A DNA stretch of 64,000 nucleotides from Diadema antillarum (taxonomy: Eukaryota): positions 434,001 to 498,000 of the forward strand of contig NW_027271191.1 of the NCBI RefSeq assembly GCF_040938485.1, written 5' to 3'. The notes beneath the pieces were generated by a model. That model made no database searches. It saw nothing but the letters and a program-made list of their open reading frames with translations, and was not told the DNA's origin. Every line of letters starts with the position of its first letter. The first letter of the stretch is position 1. Of this stretch, positions 14,324 through 26,103 are shown in pieces. The position numbers were made by a program, and so were the translations under genes.

Positions 14324-14744
14324 TCTGGTAATCTAAATTCATATAAAAAATAACTTCCTATTTCTCATTCTTTTTTCTTTTTGATGACGAATGGAATTGA
14401 TCACTTGAAACGGCCTGTGAAACATCCCGATCGACAAGATATTCATGAGGCACTAGCCCCCTGGCACTAGCCTCAATTTACAGCTCCCTGGGTGTGTACA
14501 AAGGGAACTACTAGACCTACTTTGCTTCCTGGCCTAGACCTCGTATGTCAAACTCACAGCACGGCTGGTTGATGTTCCACTATCATCAACTCCTGAGTGT
14601 AGCACATTATCATGGTTCGTAATGGAAATATTGCTTATTCCTAACGCAATAATGAACGCATACTCACAATAAGAAGAGGCTTATCGCTCCACACGCCAGA
14701 ACCCATGTTGGGGACAGGACTAGACCGAGAACCTCAACCGCCAT
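3357..14744 (-). CDS. Cytochrome P450, CYP3 clan (CYP3A/CYP5A-like), paralogue A; 13 coding exons, 536 aa
   Basis: Hand-spliced exons in transcript order: 14744-14668, 13163-13070, 11980-11928, 10987-10891, 10061-9945, 9200-9112, 8007-7859, 7495-7353, 6566-6396, 5633-5413, 4888-4751, 4338-4176, 3455-3357. All introns are GT-AG with compatible phases; total 1611 nt. Motifs: N-terminal anchor [28 protein letters not shown]-helix HWRNVR, MDTIASCTFG, I-helix IGGYDTT, K-helix ETLR, FDPDRF, heme WGGGPRICLG. The ORF-track start MMRFVRIV (13210) is intronic read-through upstream of exon 2. Confidence 0.95.
3909..3972. repeat. (TTC)n microsatellite
   Basis: Direct reading. Confidence 0.95.
8561..8705. 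mobile_element. Harbinger-type MITE, family 1
   Basis: TIR GGCCCCATTTCATAAAA ... TTTTTATGAAAAAGGGGCC. Reverse-orientation homologue of 35756-35926. Confidence 0.75.
12234..12643 (+). mobile_element. tRNA-headed SINE-like unit with 65-bp direct repeats and an inverted partial copy
   Basis: A box near 12478-12489 and B box GGTTCGAATCC at 12523-12533. Direct repeats 12304-12368 and 12579-12643 differ by 1 mismatch. 12234-12286 is an inverted copy of about 12536-12590. Confidence 0.7.
13705..14145. mobile_element. Kolobok-like non-autonomous element
   Basis: TTAA | AGGGGC ... GCCCCCT | TTAA: short imperfect TIRs with TTAA on both flanks. Confidence 0.45.
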
Positions 14745-15026
14745 AGCGTACCAGAATATGTCCGCACTGCAATCAACAGGTGTGCGTGGTTTGTTATTAT
14801 GCTATATTCATACACAGCGCTTTCGCGAAAGCAATACGGTGTCTGATCAGGCTGTACACGACCGTGCTAATCTCCTCAAGCTGTGTCTTTTCCCTTTCAC
14901 TGCGGCCCAGGTATTTTCCTGTCTATGTTCAATTACATGAAACTTTCAGCAAAGCACGTGCGAACTCGGCCAGATCATTCCCTTGAACAATAACTTTATT
15001 CGTTCTCTCTGTCAATACACCATTGG

Positions 15027-15057
15027 TATATAGGACTAATTATTTGGACTTTGCCCG
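15027..15057 (-). promoter_or_regulatory. CYP-A promoter: HNF4-type site CGGGCAAAGTCCA followed 12 nt later by TATATA
   Basis: Plus strand tggactttgcccg at 15045-15057 and tatata at 15027-15032; 301 bp upstream of the ATG. Confidence 0.6.
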
Positions 15058-15827
15058 GGCATAATAATTTTACGCATATCAAAGGTGAACGAACAATACA
15101 GGTCATGACGGAACCCAGATTAGTCGGTTCTCTGAACCGAAGCTATACAGGATATAGAAAGATAGATAAGTTGTTTACCATGGGATGTTGGGCACAGTTT
15201 ATACGTCATCCTCAGGCAGCGGAATCAGGATTGGAGGAGTCTGGAAGAACTGTACCCCTCTTCTACCCCCCCCCCCCCCCAACACATTGTACACACATCT
15301 TTACCTTTTCTCCCCATTGTACTGTAAACATAATGTCAGAGGACGCAATTTGCCTTATGTTATCAACTGCCACTAATATACTGTACCATATACCATGAAA
15401 TACCGTATTTTTTGCATGTATTATTTAATTCACAATATAGAGTATATTCAATGTGCTGGTGTATTTGCTACATGTTTTAATACAGTGTACAAGGTAGGCC
15501 TAGAGTCCGATGACCCACCATTGTGCTAACCCCAAGAAAGCAAGACGGCAAAGCATTCATTGCTGACGCAGTCTTAAAGCCATGCATAAAGGGAGAAGAA
15601 TTCCGGACTCTATTCGTTCAGCGGTGCGTGACGCCATTAAAGGTGAACTGGACGACTGGATGCGACGAATTGACGTCAGTTGTTGTTGTTGTTGTTGTTG
15701 TTGTGTTTGAGGTGCGTCATTCACATTATGAATATTTGCGTCATGGAGGGAAGGATTATAGTTGTTGCTGTTGTCGTTGTTATTTTTTTTTCTTGGCGTT
15801 TGTCAGTCAAAAAGGATTATTGATCTG

Positions 15828-15974
15828 GGGGTGTTTCATCAACGTTTGTCAGCGCTGACAACTTGAATCACCATAGTAACAGTCAGTGACCAGAGCATCT
15901 CAGCCAATCAAAATCAAGGATTTTGCTGAAATTGTCAGCGCTGACAGTTGTCACAAACGTTGATGAAACACCCC
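15828..15974. mobile_element. Harbinger-type MITE, family 2
   Basis: TIR GGGGTGTTTCATCAACGTTTGT ... ACAAACGTTGATGAAACACCCC, with internal palindromic tgtcagcgctgaca copies. Confidence 0.75.
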
Positions 15975-15977
15975 TAG

Positions 15978-16079
15978 GGCCCCGTTTTATCAAAAGATGT
16001 AATCGATTGTAAATTTCCTTACCACATGGGCTGCCATAGACTTATGACAGAAATCAACTGTATTTCATAAAACAGGGCC
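15978..16079. mobile_element. Harbinger-type MITE, family 3 (abuts family 2)
   Basis: TIR GGCCCCGTTTTAT ... ATAAAACAGGGCC. Homologous in reverse to 36913-37034. Confidence 0.7.
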
Positions 16080-16409
16080 CTTGAGTTCCATTTGAATAGT
16101 TACACAAAGGAGATTGCTAACCCCCGATCAGTCAATAGGCAGTTATTGGTTCAAATTGATGGATGTGTCATTCGTGGGAACTTAGACATTGTTAGAGACG
16201 AGTTATTCCATTAACCTGCTTTTCTTAAATGAAATTCAGTTGCTGGAATCAAGTTTGCATGGTTATAAAAACTTGTACTACTTGTTGCTATGTCGGACAA
16301 GCCTTAATATGATCAGTTGAATTTAAAGGGAGTAAAGATTTTGCACCGAAATACTCAGTCTTCTCCCGAAGTTATCTGAAATAAAACTATTGTTGAGTCA
16401 GAATTTAAT

Positions 16410-16900
16410 TTTATCGTTATTTTCATTTTATTTCAACACGGTGGTAAGAGTGACTTGCTCAGCCAGTGGTAATGATTGCAAGTCCGTGCATACACTGTAA
16501 CAGTAGAAATACACCACAATTAATTCAGAGTACAAAATACAAACAAAAAATCATATGTAGAGAAAGATATATATTCAGATCATGTAGAGAATACAAACAG
16601 GCACATAACTGAGATAAAACAAAAACAACAATGGTACTCATCACAAACGCATACATCAAGCTTTATAACCAGGAATTATCCTTGGTGTGTGGTGGATATT
16701 AGACTGCAACTGCCGCTGTTTTTTTAAGGGAACCCGAAATTATTAAAGCTGATAATCTTCATGTCATCTGGAATTTCAGTCCACTCTTTACTCCTTTTGT
16801 ATTGTACACTTCTCCGTTTAAAAGTATAGTTAAACTAAAAACTGGCATATCTCAAATATTTAACATGGTGCATCTACAAAAATCATTTTTATAACAGAAC
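16410..16900 (-). mobile_element. CR1/L2-type LINE 3' remnant
   Basis: Minus-strand translation QYKRSKEWTEIPDDMKIISFNNF resembles the LINE ORF2 terminal motif (W N x L P x x I K ... S F), followed by an A-rich tail. Boundaries are approximate. Confidence 0.5.
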
Positions 16901-17349
16901 CTTTAACTCCATGAGCAATTTTGTGCATTGCATGTAACATTCTGTGTCTTTGTCGCATTTCAATTTTATCATGCCTAAATAGTTGTGTTGGATACTTCTT
17001 ATTGTCTTGAGTTGAAGTCAGATTTGTTCTATTCTCTTTCATCTTTGTCTCTCTTTTCCCCTTTAATTTCACTGCTGTTTGTTGGTTCTTTTTGTTGTTG
17101 TATTAGGTGTATGCGTGTTTCCCGACTTTTCTTTTCTTACGACCTACCCTCACAAGGCATGCAGTGTGTAGATTCATCCACACATCATCTTAATTTTCAA
17201 TCATAAATATTCTGGACTGATTTCAGCATATATTCTGTAACTTTATTATAATGTTAATTTTGATTCTCTTTATATTTTTTTTTTGAAATTTTCCTGCTAT
17301 TGTTTGATGTGTAGCACCATACCATGTAGCAACATGCACCAAACGTTCG

Positions 17350-17880
17350 TAAGAATGTCTCAAGAAGTACGCGAACAGTTTGCGGATAATCCTTTGTCGA
17401 GAAATGATTGGATAAACTTCGCTGCTTACAGCGGGATATAACATGCGAGACATTTTCCAAACAGTCAAGATCTGTTTGGGGTTTCACGTCTTGAGTAGGT
17501 CTTGTCCATATGACGAAGTTCAGACTGCTTTGCCCTATCACAACTGCAAGACATTATTTTCCATCATTCTGCAAGGTATTCTTGATGTCGTCTGAAGTTC
17601 ATACAGGTGAACTTTAGAGTGCATGGCTTGGCATCCAACTGAGATGTCTTCAAGCAGTCGGACCTCAAGGCTGCAGTAAGCATTCATAGTGTCCTGGCAC
17701 ATACACGCAGACGCTCTGCATAAAGATCTCGGTAGCAGCAACGACTGGTTGCCGACCCAAAATCCTCATGGCTAGGGCTAAAAAATCACTGAAGACCAGT
17801 CCTAAGGAGAGGTTGAGGACCTCTTCAGAACCAATTAAAGCCCGAAAATTCTTTTGCCGAGAAGTTTGATCGCATCAGGT
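17350..17880 (+). pseudogene. Degenerate ISL2EU/Harbinger-type DDE transposase fragment
   Basis: Broken frames QTALPYHNCKTLFSIILQGIL and HGLASN*DVFKQSDL resemble my recollection of the family motifs QTWSxYKHHNTVKxLIGITPQG and GGRASDxxIFxxSG. Stops and frameshifts are present; not confirmed by search. Confidence 0.35.
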
Positions 17881-18162
17881 GATGTTGTAAATTATTATGA
17901 CACATCTGATATAGCTACCCCTTCTCAAAATAACCAAATCGTTTTATTCCTTTAATGCGCAAATCACAGCGGCGCTGACAGAGAGGATATTGGCAAATAT
18001 GAGTGTATCAGTAGAGACATACATTTGTACAGTTTCCTGGTGGATAATGATAATGAAAAAGCCTGAATGCCGATATCCCTGTCTGAAACTCAAACGAATT
18101 AGGCCCCAGATCCGTTCCGATGACCCACAGTCGCTAGGTAAGGTCGTTGGCCGGTTTGCGTG

Positions 18163-21100
18163 CTACGTGATCCTTCGGTTGACGCGCAACGCCATACCCT
18201 TCGACGGGGTGATTAGACCCGCCTTCCCGATCTCAACCGGAATCTGGAGCGAAGCAATTCAGTTTGAAAACTATTTGATCGAACTGGCAAGTTGTACTTT
18301 ATTGTATTATGCATCAAGATAGAACACGTAGATTAATTTGAAAATCATGATGAACAATGCCATATGGGATTATCTTACATGTAACCTATACTGTGACGAT
18401 ATTTTCTACTCCTGGCAGTACAAGGACAAGATTCTGTCTGCCTTTGTAGTATACGGCATGATTCATTTACCTTTGTCTGTAGACACGTCTCAAAGCGGTA
18501 TTTCTGCAGCACCCTGACTAGTGCTACCTTGGCCTCCATCAGGGCGAACCTCATCCCGATGCAGTTCCGTGGCCCTGCGCCGAACGGGATCCAAGCAAAC
18601 GGGTGACGCTTCTCGCGCCTCTCTTTCGTGAATCTGTTAGACGAACGAGACACACAGAATCGATCTCATGCATATGCTTGCAATTTCTAATCCTTCTTAA
18701 CACTATATCCAATCATTTATGATTCCCACCTTATTTCCTCCAACCAGCTCAACGCCTCAACAAAAAAAAATCGAATCTCAATTTTCGCGTTCACTATTAA
18801 AACTTGTACTCAGCGTTTGTGTTCTACGTTTCGTTTTTTCGTTTTTGTTTTGTTTTTTACACTCAGCACTGAAAAAATACAACAACAAAAAAGAATGTCT
18901 AAACGTATGTTGACATCTAAATGAGTATCCTGAAAATATAGTGGGCTTTGTTCTGCATCTAAGCTTTGGATTAATTTCTTGTTTCGAGTCTTTCAAGATT
19001 ACTGTATTATAGTAAACATTGCTATTTTTGGCGTAGGGCCTACAAATTATGAATGTACTAAAATTTCGCATTGACATCCATGCCACTGACAAACTAAAGC
19101 AAACGAACTCGCATTCGATTGATGTGAGCAAAAGAAAAAAAAAATGTTTAGGGTCTGCTGCATCCCGTAACAAACACAGATGAACACAAAAGTGTTACCC
19201 GGCATATATCAAGTATTACAACTATAACACTAAAATTTAGTAATCGCTTTCGCATGTTTGAGTAGTCTTTACGCACCTATCCGGGTCGAACTTCTCGGGT
19301 TCGGGCCACAGCTCTGGATCATGGTGAATGGCGTACATCGGAATGACAACCTGCGTGCCCCTTTCCACGGTTACACCATTGTAGGTAAATGTCTCATTGC
19401 ACACGCGGTCAAGGCTGACAAATATTAGGTGATAAGCAAACGAAATGCAGAATTTGTAACGCATCACAGACCATGATGAAACGAATGTACAAGTTGTTAA
19501 TATTTACTCGAATATTCAAACACCACAAGATGAACAGCAACTCTAATGCATGTATAGCAACATCCTCAGATGCCGTTTTGTAATATAGTAAAATGCCTAC
19601 TAAGAGAAGCACATAAAAAATAATATTACCTGAACGGCTTTCATACTATCGGAGATACAATATGGAGCATAGTGTGGTCAGCTTATGATTAGGTCACAGT
19701 AATGTGAAAAAAGGAACTCGATGCCCATGACAAGAACAGACAAACTTTTTTTTCAATTTTTTTTCAAAATTTTCAATTTTCTCAAATTTGTTATGTTCGC
19801 ACAGGAAATGTCATACCCCCATTTTTGTTAATAATATTGCTATCCAAAACGAGAATTAATTATGATTGATTAATCAAATACGTGTCTTCGAGTCGGACCG
19901 ATATTCCCTGAGAATATCGGCCTAATTTCTATAACTTCAAAACTGTCGAAAACGCTCTCCTCCAATCAGCCGCTCTCCTCCAATCAGCTGCGCGCTCCAA
20001 AGACCAGTGGTGCGCGCTTTCCTTCTTTAAGAATTTGTGCGTGGTAGCTCGATCCCAAACTATCTCACCCCTCTTGCTTGCTTGCGTTCGTAAACCGAAG
20101 AAAAATGGATGACAATATTCTTATACAATCTCATCAATAAAGAGGAAGAAGGAGAAGACGATACTGATTCATCAAATTCAAACAATCATGAGGATGACCG
20201 AGATTTAGGGGATTTGATCCCGACGCAGGAGGCAAAAATCAAGACGCCGCTGTTGATGCCGACTGGAGTGCCGGCTGCATGCATGCTTACATGAACCGGG
20301 GCCGTCGGGCCGAGACAGCTGCGTGATGGTGATGATGATATTCATGAACACTTTGCGAGGAGAAATGAAGATGTGTTGTACGACTTGACCCTAATAACGC
20401 TAGAAATTGGTACGTACTGTGTTGATTCTATCATTAGTTTCTATCTGGTTTGTCTGTGAAGTGATCATTCTGCTTAATACTTACAGAACCACCGGAGGAA
20501 AACATCTCAGAGTCTCGCATATGACGTTATCCAGGTAGGATAATTTCGAGACGGTGGTGTAGTCGACGTCGTTGCTGGAGGGCAGCAATTCGTCGATCTC
20601 GGTGATGAGTTTCTCCTGTACGTCTGGGTGCAAGGCGAGTAGGTAAGAGGAATAGATGAGGAGGGAGCCAGTCGTGTCGTAGCCGGCGACGAAAAAGATT
20701 ATCGCCTGATATGAAAGACAAAAGCAAACTTGACACTTGAAATAAGTGTGGAAATAACGTCTCTTTTTTTTTGGATAGCTTTGTGCATGCCTTTGTTATG
20801 TCTCTGTAATTATTTCTTTTGCTTGCAAAGACTGTTTGTGACTGCATTCTTTCGAGCCAGCATATTGTATGTGTCCATATGTGTATGTGTGGCGGGACTA
20901 GTGGAACTCGCCGTTGCATCATGTCTAGATATCGGAGTTCCAAATTATGTTAGAAGTGAATTTAATGGAGATTATTAATGTTCTTCGATATTCATATTTC
21001 ACCTTGATACAGATTGAATTAATGAACTATCTGAATCAATGGCACATTCATTTACTCTGGACAAAACTCTCTTTCCTAGGATGTTAAATCGTGTTTCTCA

Positions 21101-22508
21101 TCTTTGCTTATTTCCATTTTTATAATGTTGAGCAAAATAATGACAGCTACTCTATGACCGATATGAAACGTCTCACAATCGGTGTCTATCTAGTTATTTA
21201 TCATTTTTATCATTATTATACTATTATTGTTANNNNNNNNNNNNNNNNNNNNNNNNNNNNNNNNNNNNNNNNNNNNNNNNNNNNNNNNNNNNNNNNNNNN
21301 NNNNNNNNNNNNNNNNNNNNNNNNNNNNNNNNNNNNNNNNNNNNNNNNNNNNNNNNNNNNNNNNNNNGTAGTAGTAGTAGTAGTTTAGTAGTTCCGAGAG
21401 AACGTGACGCATTATCCTTTCAAATTCAAGTTATTACTCCGAGGTGGGATCGAACATGGGCATCATGACAACCAACGCTGAAATGAGAAGATTCACCTGA
21501 GCTATAATTTCTGAATCTGTCAGTTTGATCTTTGATCTCATCGAGCGACTTCGTTCCCCACTTTCATGTCCCTTGAACACGCTATCATGCACGTCGACTT
21601 CGTGTCCAGTTTCGTCATCGTCTCCCTCCGACCCCTCGCTTCCTATTTGGGCTTCGATCATCATTTGAAGGAAGTCTGCTCTCTGGTGAATAGATTGGTA
21701 TTTAATGCAAACATAACGACATTAAAGACAGTCGTGCTATCTTGTAGAAAGTTCCCAAGACAATTAGCTAAGATTTACATGTTGATCGCATTGCAGTTTA
21801 CGCCACAGTTTGACACAATCATAATATACTAAAGCGTGCGAATTGAAGAACTGCGATCTAATGCGAGAAGATAAAAGTTGGGAAAGAAAGCAGTGGCTCT
21901 TTTTATATTTCAAACCATGCATATTTCCTCGTTTTCTACCTAAAACTGATTCAAATAATGATATATATACTCTACAGGGCGCATCAAAAGAAAGTTACAC
22001 TTTTGAAACAAAAATTTGTTTTGTTGATTGCACTTGATAGATGAGACTATTGGGTATCCATAAATATGAAAAAATCTTCTAAATATTTTGAAATGTAATT
22101 TAGACAATTTTTTCAAAAGGGTCACCTTTTTTTTTGATACGCCCTGTATAATATACGTGTCACGACTGCAAACAAAATACACGATTCTGCTGTCTTTGAC
22201 ATGTTGCGAGTTTTGCTCAGGTTATTTCTTTAATTGCAATCAATCTCTTTAGTGCCTCCAAGAAAAATGAAGCTCTTATCCTCATTTAAAGTATCGGTTT
22301 CCCCAATATCTCATCAAATCGAGACATCAACAACTTTGTTAAATTATATTACGAACTATTCTGAACATTCATTTAGGGTATTCTGTATTACTACATATAG
22401 AATATACTCTCATGTAATGTTTGGCACTTCCGTCGTGAAGCTGCACTTGTTACACTTACAAGCGAAGTTTATTGGACAGTCTCTGTCTGTCTCTCTCTCT
22501 CCTCCTTC

Positions 22509-22550
<42 letters not shown>

Positions 22551-25468
22551 TACATACACACTCTTTCGATTTCAACTTCATATTTTGACACTAATGTATT
22601 TCACTTGCTGATAATCTACTTCAGACGTGCCGGTATGAGGTTTTTTTTTTTCAGTTTACTAACCAAAGGTCTCTTGAATACCGAGTATCATACAATTACT
22701 TTAAAATGTCTTAGTGCAATCATTATATCACTAACTATACAGTGGAATATGTAAAAAAGTAGAACTCTCTAAAAGGTGGTTAATCCTTTTTTTTATCCTG
22801 TGCATGCCAACTGGCAAAGAAAATCCAAGAGCATTGTATGCACTGTTCAAATTCCCTGGCACAGAAATGGTTAAAGCATTACAATCTCGTGCTACAAGCA
22901 AACAACTCTACCTTTTGCTTGTCTTTGTTCGGAGCTTTCCTCATTGCCATGGTTTGCTGCGTTACATCACGGAAAAACTCCATCGCGTCTTGAGGAAGCA
23001 AGAAAATCTTGAAAAACTTCAATATTGACGATGTCCAGGGCAGAACTCCTTGGGATTTCAATAATGAGATAGCGATGATGATAAGAACAACGCAATAGTG
23101 ATTATCATTATGATAATATTAGTAGTAATAATCATAAGGATATGAAAGTACTAATGATAATGAGTATCAAAGAAATTAATGGCAGCTTCCTGTGTATCTT
23201 CAAATTTCTCTTTATTCCTTTGTTTTAGAGAATTCGTAGCGATTTCAAAATAACAAGAAGTTGACATCACAGAGTTCATGTAAGACCTCAATAAAAACTT
23301 GCGGTATATTTTTTGTCGTTTTCTTTGTTGTTGTGGTGAGAACTGTGAGAGATTCAAACATAGGGAATGACTTCATGCAGAGACAATCTGCCATATCTTT
23401 TCAGTTTATATAGGAGCAATAAAAACCTGTCAGTCACATCATGAACCAACAAGTGGAAACGAATTGCGTGGTTGTCACAGTATCACTATAGAAACGAAAG
23501 CACCAACGCAATACCCACAAATCTCAGCGAATTCTCTCCTCTTCCATCTTATGAAAAACATCCACATCACCATATTACGCACAATCTGAAAGTGGAAAAA
23601 CTGTAATAGAAAAAAACCCACACACTTGCTTAATTCTTTGTAGTATCTCTCCATCCATTCCTTTCAGTGATATGTGCTCACGGTACCAAAGGTCAAAGGT
23701 CACGCGAGATCTCTCGAAAAGTGATCTATATCGCCGGCCCCTACAACAGACTTCAACTTCTTACCGCTTATCAGCAGTCCCACATTGAAAGGAGTGAAAT
23801 GGAAGGCTTTCGTGGCCATGGCGACAAATGGATGATCCTGGTCACCCTGGGAGTCGACCTCGAGACCGAACGCGCAGCTCGCTATGGTGTCCATGATGAA
23901 GGACCCGTATAATCTCGAAGAAAATTGAATATGGTGCAAAACACACTTTAACAATTCAACCTTCTTGCATCGCCATCCGAAACTACAGTGCAATTTGTAT
24001 AACATTATTTTCTCTATTTTATCCGCTCGAGATACCAGACTGGACAATTGTTTCTTCCCGTAAGCTAAGAAAAAAATAGTTCAGCAGAATTCACGTACAA
24101 CCCCCCCCCCCCCAAAAAAAAAAAAAAAAAAAAAACGCACTTCAATCATTCTTCGTCCGAAATATGAATTGAATTCTACATGACTGGCATGGCAGTCACG
24201 TGACCACAGACTCCGGCTCACTAATAATAGTAGTCTTACTTTGGATTGCAAAATCGCGAATGAATTCCCGCATGGGACAAAATGATGGATTTGCAGGTGC
24301 ATCAATAATGCTTGGAACAGTATCTCCAATCACGCCGATCTTGCAATATTGCCTCTTGAACACCAATAAAGAAAAGACAGACGCCATCATTCCTAAACGT
24401 AACACTACTTACTGTTTACACTCGATGTAGCCATTAGCTCTCTGAGTATTTTCAATGTTCCGCAGGAGTCTATCGGCCCCAACTGTTACGTGGTGTGACA
24501 TCTACAAAGAAAAAAAAAAACATAGACAAGGAACTTAAGTTGAAACGTCAAGAATGTTAGAAAAAAGAAGGCTTTGAGAAGGAAAGTTGTAACTTTTACC
24601 GCAATAATTACATTGTAAAGACACAGTGTAAAACGAAAACGAAACGTATCATGATTTTATTCGTTCCAGCTTTCATGTCGCTTGAACGAACACATCAACA
24701 TAATGTGCATGCAAGCACTAAGGATCAATCTAATTTTTAATGTCACCTCGGCTTTGCTTTGTAGTGGTTCATGTCAGCCTGAAATTATGGTTATAAATAA
24801 TTATTTGGAGGTTTTTTGCCACTTAAATATGTTGTGCTTGATGTGGTCTTGTGAGTGTATATAAATCGTCAAGTTTTTACGGACATGTTAACGAGGAAAT
24901 CGAGACAGTCTTGCACAGGATATGACGAACATTTCAAATTCAGATACCAGTACGCGTTGCTGCACCTGTTTCATTTTTGCACCGCTGAAGGTAGACGTAA
25001 GGGTATTACGAACGTCTCGCCAATGGTCATCCTTCAGATTCCTCAGGGCATCCTCGAACTCCTTGTTGCATAGTGCTGTCGTCTGCAGGTTCAAGAATTG
25101 GCCCGCAGGTTGGGAATGGCAAAAGGCAAGCAGAGTTAGAGAGATAAAGGCAAAAAAAATATTGTCAAGAAATTAAACTTCACGAGATCAACAATTTTTG
25201 TTCCTCTTTTAGAAATGTCATGGTTCTGATGGTAAACACTGTTGAAAGAGTGCAACAGAACAAAACGAGAGGAAAGACTAATTGTTTTATTCAAAGAAAA
25301 CGACGAAGAAAAAAACTAATTTTAAGGAGAGTAGCACAGAATATAGGTTTCCTTAACATGTATTTTGTGAAGAACAAACTGTGCAGTGAATTGCTATAAA
25401 TGTTCATCTCTAAAATAATGTTTAAAGGAACACTTCCACTGAAATAAGACAAGCGCTGGATAACCGTA

Positions 25469-25504
<36 letters not shown>

Positions 25505-26035
25505 ATAAGGTAGTCCACGTGTTGGCAAGATAAAAAGATAAGTAACAAAGCTGCAACAAAGTTCATGCTGTATTCACCAACGGTTTATTTCTTCACACAA
25601 ATTTTCGGGCGTCTCGCCGCCCTTTCTCAAGTGTTGATACTGAGAGAACAATAACAAAATGGCTTAATTTTGTTATTGTTCTCTCAGTATCAACACTTGA
25701 GAAAGGGCGGCGAGACGCCCGAAAATTTGTGTGAAGAAATAAACCGTTGGTGAATACAGCATGAACTTTNNNNNNNNNNNNNNNNNNNNNNNNNNNNNNN
25801 NNNNNNNNNNNNNNNNNNNNNNNNNNNNNNNNNNNNNNNNNNNNNNNNNNNNNNNNNNNNNNNNNNNNNNNNNNNNNNNNNNNNNNNNNNNNNNNNNNNN
25901 NNNNNNNNNNNNNNNNNNNNNNNNNNNNNNNNNNNNNNNNNNNNNNNNNNNNNNTGCATGGCCATGTCAGGGTCTCCACACACTAGAATTACAGACTACA
26001 TTAATTCATGGATAAATGAATACATTGTATATATC

Positions 26036-26103
<68 letters not shown>

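Larger units (their letters stand above)
25558..25769. repeat. Perfect inverted repeat (103-bp arms, 6-nt spacer ggctta); probable inverted Penelope-like pLTR end
   Basis: 25558-25660 is the reverse complement of 25667-25769. The right arm runs into the N gap. Each arm has a hammerhead-like core followed by AATAAA. Confidence 0.9.

Noticed and set aside
15560-15680. RRIPDSIRSAVRDAIKGELDDWMRRIDV resembling the pre-RT segment of Ty3/Gypsy pol
   Set aside because: Short, flanked by stops, with no further pol motifs; cannot be supported without a search.
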